NCBI GenBank assembly: GCA_951406725.2
Contig: OX597819.1
Coordinates: forward strand, 75,640,001-75,704,000
Direction: 5' to 3'
Origin: Octopus vulgaris
Lineage: Eukaryota
Length of the DNA: 64,000 nucleotides
Part shown: in pieces, positions 56,741 to 64,000 of the stretch
Layout: each line of letters begins with the position of its first letter
Position numbering within the stretch: position 1 is the stretch's first letter
Notes under the pieces: generated by a model
Databases searched by the model: none
The model's input: only the letters and a program-made list of their open reading frames with translations
What the model was told of the DNA's origin: nothing
Made by a program: the position numbers and the translations under genes

Positions 56741-57278
56741 CAGAGTCATATTAAACATTTAATGACACACAGAAATTAATTTAAATAATTATTTATTTTG
56801 AGATATTAATGTTTTTTCATACAACTGAAACCTGGTCACTGACACTGAGTACATTCAACTTGAGACCAAGAAGCTGCGTTGACGGTCTAAAATCAAGTCA
56901 CTTACTAAAGAAATACGGCTCCGAAATAAGTATCAACCTAATGCATATCAGTCTATAACATTCTTTCCTAACTGTTCATATATGTGAGCTGTATGTTTCC
57001 CATTGATTCCCAAATATTTGAATGCCTGTGTTTGGTGTAATTCTCCTATATGTTTGCCCACCTACAATGACGGTAATATTCTAAATGATATTTTTTCTTC
57101 AAACGTGTCTGGCACATTTTCCTTCTTCGAACCTAATATCAATTAAATTAGTTTACCCTCTACAGCCGTTATTGTATTTGCTTGTCATCTGCAGCATAAA
57201 ACTTAAGGTCGTCACTATAAAAAAATACTCTCGTACATTTGTTATACATGCTTACATGCACACCTCCACCTCCATCCC

Positions 57279-57324
<46 letters not shown>

Positions 57325-57336
57325 CACGGTGAGAAT

Positions 57337-57371
<35 letters not shown>

Positions 57372-57375
<4 letters not shown>

Positions 57376-57599
57376 GCGGCGAGCTGGCAGAGACGTTACG
57401 GCGCCGGGCGAAATGCTTAGCGGTATTTCGTCTGTCGTTACATTCTGAGTTCAAATTCCGCCGAGGTCGACTTTACTTTTCATCCTCTCGGGGTCGATAA
57501 GTAAAGTACCAGTTTAGCACTGGGTCGATGTAATCGACTTAATCCCTTTGTCTGTCCTTGTTTGTCCCCTCTATGTTTAGTCCCTTGTGGGTAGTAAAG

Positions 57600-57602
<3 letters not shown>
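57372..57602 (+). mobile_element. SINE family S1, full length, in (TA)n
   Basis: aaggcggcgagctggcaga..gagttcaaattcc..catcctctcggggtcgata..gtagtaaagaaata. Confidence 0.92.
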
Positions 57603-57655
<53 letters not shown>

Positions 57656-57657
<2 letters not shown>

Positions 57658-57952
57658 AATTAGAGATAAAACCACTATTATGCAACTCAAACAGTGATAG
57701 ACATAAACCAAAACATAAATAACAAGTAATACATATTTTTATAAAACATATAACTAAATCTCAAAAAGTATAAAAATGAATGATCAATATATAATAAGCA
57801 GCGCTAGTGCTGTAAACATTATTGACCACACATACTCAATGTATGTGCTTTGTTTGTTCATCGGCGCTTTGAGAGTGTCATTCTCACCGTGCTTTCCTGC
57901 AGCCTACCGGCGAACAAAAAGGGGCACATAAATCGACCGTGTGTGGCCGATA
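57656..57952 (-). repeat. TA-flanked pLTR-like repeat
   Basis: Terminus aaattagagataaaaccactattat also at 28483-28507; internal 18-mer inverted at 57323-57340. Confidence 0.6.
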
Positions 57953-57967
57953 ATATATATCATACGT

Positions 57968-58200
57968 TGGCGGCGAGCTGGCAGAAACGTTAGCACGCCG
58001 GGCGAAACGCTTACCGGTATTTCGTCTGTCGTTACGTTCTGAGTTCAAATTACGCCGAGGTCGACTTTGCCTTTCATCCCTTTCGGGGTCGATAAATAAA
58101 GTGCCAGTTGCGTACTGGGGTCGATATAATCGACTTAATCCCTTTGTCTGTCTTTGTTTGTCCCCTCTACGTTTAGCCCCTTGTGAGTAGTAAAGAAATA
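57968..58200 (+). mobile_element. SINE family S1, full length
   Basis: Colinear with 57372-57602. Confidence 0.92.
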
Positions 58201-58559
58201 TATAACATACGTTTTTATGTTGAATTATAATAAAAACAATCTAACACTAAACTGAAGAATTATTCGAGTCTTTTTATAGAGTACATATTTATTATACTTT
58301 AAAGAGAAAAGAGGAGACAGTATAATACGACTCGTGAATAAGAGTAAATGCAGGGTTCCAAAAGTGAAAAACACAATTAACAGGAGAATAAAAAAAATAA
58401 ACCAAAATATCAATCTCCAAAAATACCACCGTCAGCAGTATCCTCACATCAAAGAAGCAGCAACAGAAGGGCTGTATGAGAACCTTCATAAACAACCAAA
58501 GAACGGAAGAAGAAGACTGGGCCATTGAAAAAATTAAACACAGTCCTAAGTTATCTTAT

Positions 58560-59147
58560 TCCTTTGCATAAACAGATAGGGTCACAGTTTGATCTATTGG
58601 CCTAATGGTTGACGGAAATAGCATCCTTCACATCGATGCCAAAGACATGGCAGAGATGTTGCAGAAGCAATACCGCTCTGTTTTTCGATGACCTTCATGC
58701 ACTCAACTTTTGTTTATTTAAATCCCCAACAAACTCTCCCGTGGCTGACATCTTAGTATATCAGCAATAAACGAAATCCAACCTGATTCAGAAGTGGGTC
58801 TTGACAGGTTCCCCGTCAGAGTGCTGAAGAAGTGTACGCAGCAACTTGTAACTCTCTGGAGGAAATCATTAGACGTAGGCTTTATCCTCCAAAACTTTCT
58901 CTTCCAGTCGGCCATCCCAGTTTTTTTGAAAAAGGAAATAAATCGCTCCTAGCGAATTATCATCCAATCTCGTCAACTTCTGATGTCTTCAAAATATTTG
59001 GGAGAGTGTTGGGATCAAGAATAACTGCATTCCTAAAGAAAAGTCATTTCTCAGATCCCAATCTGCGCGGTTTTCCTGGTGGAAGGAACTGCCTGACACA
59101 GCTTTTACACCACTTTGACATTTTAAATGCATTGAGTGAAGACTCCA
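58560..59147 (+). mobile_element. Old CR1/L2-group RT N-terminal fragment
   Basis: GLDRFPVRVLKKC, NYHPISSTSDVFKIF, RGFPGGRNCLTQLLHHFD. Confidence 0.75.
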
Positions 59148-59246
59148 ACACTGCACCACGGCATTGGTAATGCATTAGAGCATTGGTACTGCATCAGGGC
59201 ATCTATGGTACAGCATCAAGGCATCTATAGTACTGCATCAGGATAT
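59148..59246. repeat. Tandem array of ~5 copies of a 19-22 bp unit
   Basis: tggtactgcatcagggcat variants; the reverse complement of 15416-15434. Confidence 0.8.
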
Positions 59247-59247
59247 T

Positions 59248-59304
<57 letters not shown>

Positions 59305-59311
<7 letters not shown>

Positions 59312-62187
59312 CCCAAAAATTACTGAAAAAATACAATATGAAAACTATACTTGATATTGATGCCACCATAGAAACCATCAAACAAAAGGTATCTGCCAAA
59401 GCTGCCCGCATAGCGAGGTATGAAAAGCGTGTTAGATTTTTCAAGGACAACAACATGTTCAAAAATAACACCAAGAATTTTTACCGGAAGATAGGAAAAA
59501 CAGCGTTTACTGCAGGGTCTGTACCATCAAAAGAAGAAGTGCAGAGATTTTGGAATAAAATCTGGGCAGAAGAAAAAACACACAACGAAAAGGCCCCTGG
59601 ATTGACAGAATATCTACAGAACTGGACCCCTTAGAAGAGCAAAAGTGGGAGGGTGTCAAGGTAGAAGATATAAGATCTGCTCTCAGGAGGTCAAGCAAAT
59701 GGAAGTCTCCAGGAAAGGATAAAATTCCTAACTTCTGGCTGAATGCCTTCCCAGAGAGCCATGAACTGCTAACAGAACTGTACAATGATGTTTTGCAACA
59801 CCCTAGTAGGATGCCTCCTTGGCTAGTTAATGGGTTAACATTCCTGCTTCCAAAAAGTGAAGAAACAAATGAACCAAAAAACTATAGACCCATAACTTGC
59901 TTAACAACTATGTACAAAACACTAACATCTGTCCTGACGGAATATACCTATAGTTTTTTAACAGACAGCAGCATATTCCCTAATGAACAGAAAGGATGTA
60001 AACGTGGATCCTACGGCTGTAAAGACCAACTACTCATCAATAAGATGATCTTAGAAGATTGTCACAAACGACACAAAAACTTATCAATAGCCTGGATAGA
60101 CTATAAAAAGGCTTTTGATAGCCTACCACATAGCTGGATTAGAAAATGCCTTGAAATGTATAAGATAGCACCAACTCTGCGAAACTTCTTGACTGTAAGT
60201 ATGAGATCATGGAGAACCACACTAACTCTGAACAGTGACAGTGAATTCCTAAATGCTGGTGATGTAAAAATTTCGTGTGGCATTTTCCAGGGTGACTCAC
60301 TGTCACCACTCCTCTTTTGTTTATCCTTAATACCTCTCTCAAAGCTGCTCAATGACGCGCAGTACGGGTATAAAATGTTTGATAAAAATATAAATCATCT
60401 CGTTTACATGGATGATTTAAAGCTTTTTGCAAAAAATGATCAACAACTCAAGGGCTTACTAGCGATAGTCAAACAATTCAGTGACGACATCAGAATGCAA
60501 TTCGGCCTCGATAAATGTGCAAAGGCTACCTTTATCAAAGGAAAAATGACAGAAACATCTAACGTTAACCTTGACCAACAGAATGTCATAAAAGAACTAG
60601 ACCCAGCGGAGAGCTACAAGTACCTAGGGATAATTGAAGGGAACGGAATAAGGCATTCAGAGATGAAGGAAAGGATCAGGAGAGAATGCTATCGAAGAGT
60701 GAGAGCAATACTCAAGACAGAGCTGAATGCAAGAAACAGGATCGAAGCAATCAATGCATTAGCTATACCAGTCGTGACTTACAGTTTCAATATTGTTAAC
60801 TGGTCACAATTACTGAAATATGTCAGCTCGACAGAAAAATAAGGAAACTGTTGACAATGCATAGAATGCACCACCCTAAGGCAGATACAGAACGACTCTA
60901 TCTGCCAAGAAAAGAGGGAGGCCGTGGTCTTTTGCAACTGGCAATAACAATGAAGATTGCTACAATTGGCCTAGACACCTACCTGAAAAACTCTGAGGAC
61001 TGGATGCTAAAACTTGTCTCAAAACATGAAAACAAGAAAGCATCATACTCAGTCACAAAACAGGCAAAGGAATATCTAAGTGAATTCCGAATACAACCAA
61101 TTTCGGAGATAGATATACAAGAAACAAGCACAGAAAAAGCTAGGCGCATGAAAACCCGTGCCAAAACTGCGGCCTTAGATATTCTGAATAATAAATGGCA
61201 AGAAAAACCTCTCTATGGCAAATACCCAAAGAGAGCGAATAATGCAGATATCGACAAAGCCCTGACCCATCAATGGCTAATGGCCTCTGGCTTAAAATCT
61301 GAAACAGAGGGGTTTATCATAGCAGCTCAAGATCAATGCCTACCAACAAGAAACTACCAGGCCAACATATTAAAGATCAGAAGCAGTCCAACGTGTCGTG
61401 TATGCAAGCAACAAAATGAAACCATTGACCATGTGGTCTCCAAGTGCAGTCTTCTAGCGCCTACAGAGTATCTCAACAGGCACGATAGAGCTGCACAATA
61501 TATTCACTGGGTAATCTGTAAAAACCTGGATTTGCCCCATGAAAAAAACTGGTGGGAACACAAACCACCCCCAGTGCTTGAAAATGACCACATCTCACTC
61601 CTCTGGAACTTCACCATTCAAACTGACAGGAAGATAGATGCAAATAGGCCAGACATCATATTGAAAAACTTCAAACAAAGAACATGCCTCCTCATTGATA
61701 TGACTGTCCCAATCGATATAAACGTATCTGTCAAGACCTACCAAAAACTGAGCAAATATAAAGATCTTGAAATAGAAATCAGCAAAATGTGGAAGCTGAA
61801 GACTAAAACAATACCTGTTGTCATAGGTGCCCTGGGAATGATAGCAAAAGGGGCTGATAGCTACCTAACTCAGATACCAGGAAACCCAAAAATGGCAGAA
61901 GTTCAAAAGATAGTGCTCATGGGAACTGCTCATATCCTACGCAAAATACTCTCTATGTAATCTCAAGGTTTAAAACAAACATAATTTTCGGTTTAAAAAA
62001 AAAAAAAAAAAAAAAACCTTTTTTTATTTTTTATTTTTAGACATTCATTAGTACAACATCCCCACCCCCCAAATATATGGCACACTAGGCATAACAACAA
62101 CATGAACTTCCAACCCTGTTGTCTCTTGAGGTCTCTGGGTGAGACTTGGAGCCAACTTGTACAAATATAAAGCAAAAGTCAAACATA

Positions 62188-62189
<2 letters not shown>
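59305..62189 (+). mobile_element. R4/Dong LINE family A, 5'-truncated, young (RT, CCHC, RLE; two frameshifts)
   Basis: ORFs 59338-59634, 59793-60842, 60851-61960 with NYRPITCL, DYKKAFDS, QGDSLSP, YMDD, CRVC..HVVSKC..RHD, RPDII..QKLSKY; (TAA)n on both sides. Confidence 0.96.
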
Positions 62190-62223
<34 letters not shown>

Positions 62224-62569
62224 TATTAATAATAACAATAATAATTATTATTATTATCATTATTATGCTACTCGGTATTTGTGCTGAAACTAGTGTAATT
62301 ATTATTCCTATCGAATAATGAACAAGTGGTCTACAATAAAATCCTTTTGGTACCTCCTGTATAAAAGTTTTTTTCAGCTTCTCATATTTGCTTCTACTTT
62401 GTTTTGAGCACCTTCAAGATAATCCTGGCTGAACTTATGGGCGACAAATAACTACATATTTAGGACGTTGCTTACATTTAATATGCCTGCATGCATGTTC
62501 TTAGGTGGTTGCATACGTTTGTACTGGGCGGTTTATGTATTTCATTATTTTGTTAATGTTACCGTTCAT

Positions 62570-62615
62570 GGCTTGAATACATACAGGAACCTGGGTTCCT
62601 GTATGTATTCAAGCC
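62570..62615. repeat. Perfect 22-bp-arm hairpin
   Basis: ggcttgaatacatacaggaacc-tg-ggttcctgtatgtattcaagcc. Confidence 0.95.
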
Positions 62616-62857
62616 TTCCATAAATTATTAAGTGCTTTCTTTGAAAGGAATTCCCTAGCATTGTAGTTGGTTGATTTATGATTTCTTTACAAGTAACTTT
62701 AGCTTCTTTGAAAAAACACTTTATTTTTCACGCATTTATTACTATTCAAATACTTTTTAGACATTCTTGCATTCATTTCATTGATTACCTTCGTAAGAAA
62801 TGGCACCCATATACATATACATACATACATACATACATACATACATACATACATACA

Positions 62858-62928
<71 letters not shown>

Positions 62929-63147
62929 GTGTATGTGTGTGTACGAATGTATGTGTGTGAATATATTAGGTCGTCAAGTATGAAATTTGTAGTAAGGTAT
63001 ATGGTAAACTGGTGCTCCAAATCAGACATGCAATCTATGTGGGTGTCTTTTCAGAACATTGGTTTAAAAAGCCACAAAAGACGCTATGATGGTGCTAAGG
63101 TGTAGGTACAGGAGGTGGTCAACCCGTGTATAAGGAGTAGACAACCA

Positions 63148-63607
<460 letters not shown>

Positions 63608-63706
63608 CATATATATATATACACATATATATATATATATATGAATATATATATGTATATGTATATATATACACACACATATTTACATACACTCACTAAT
63701 CACCCA

Positions 63707-63803
<97 letters not shown>

Positions 63804-64000
63804 GTCAGTGAAAACAAAACTGTTCAGAGCTTTCTGAAAAGCAATTGAATAATACCTGAATAATAATAACCAAAACGCGGATGGAACTATATCGGAAGTG
63901 ACAACATTAGAAGTAACTCAATCTTGAAATAAATATTCCCGCGGCTCCGTGTATTTCTTCATACCTGTTCTACAATCTGTTTCATGATTTGTTTTATCAT

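Noticed and set aside
59148-59246. Short repeat array as CRISPR
   Set aside because: No spacers, no cas genes, eukaryotic context
62964-63000. mariner-like TIR start (tattaggtcg..), with a similar inverted stretch near 47730-47777
   Set aside because: Too short, no matching partner TIR or transposase

Overview
Eukaryotic, AT-rich, microsatellite-saturated, apparently gene-free DNA. The SINE families and repeat landscape suggest an octopus genome (inference). No host exon, rRNA, true tRNA or CRISPR array is supportable, and almost all ORFs in the track are translated simple repeats. The window is a retroelement mosaic: about ten R4/Dong-type (RT + restriction-like endonuclease) LINE copies mostly sitting in (TAA)n, one 5'-truncated Neptune-like Penelope element (RT + GIY-YIG) in (TA)n, CR1-, RTE- and HERO-like fragments, Helitron and mariner relics, and three tRNA-derived SINE families. 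The most notable signal, read by eye, is a set of type I hammerhead ribozyme motifs in short non-coding elements mostly embedded in (TA)n. Five have a 44-63 nt elongated stem II, a 2-bp stem III with a palindromic loop, and divergent but still pairing stems. Five more are minimal Penelope-type motifs. Together they suggest a Penelope-driven, TA-targeted retrozyme or solo-pLTR system. All structures are manual predictions and boundaries are approximate.
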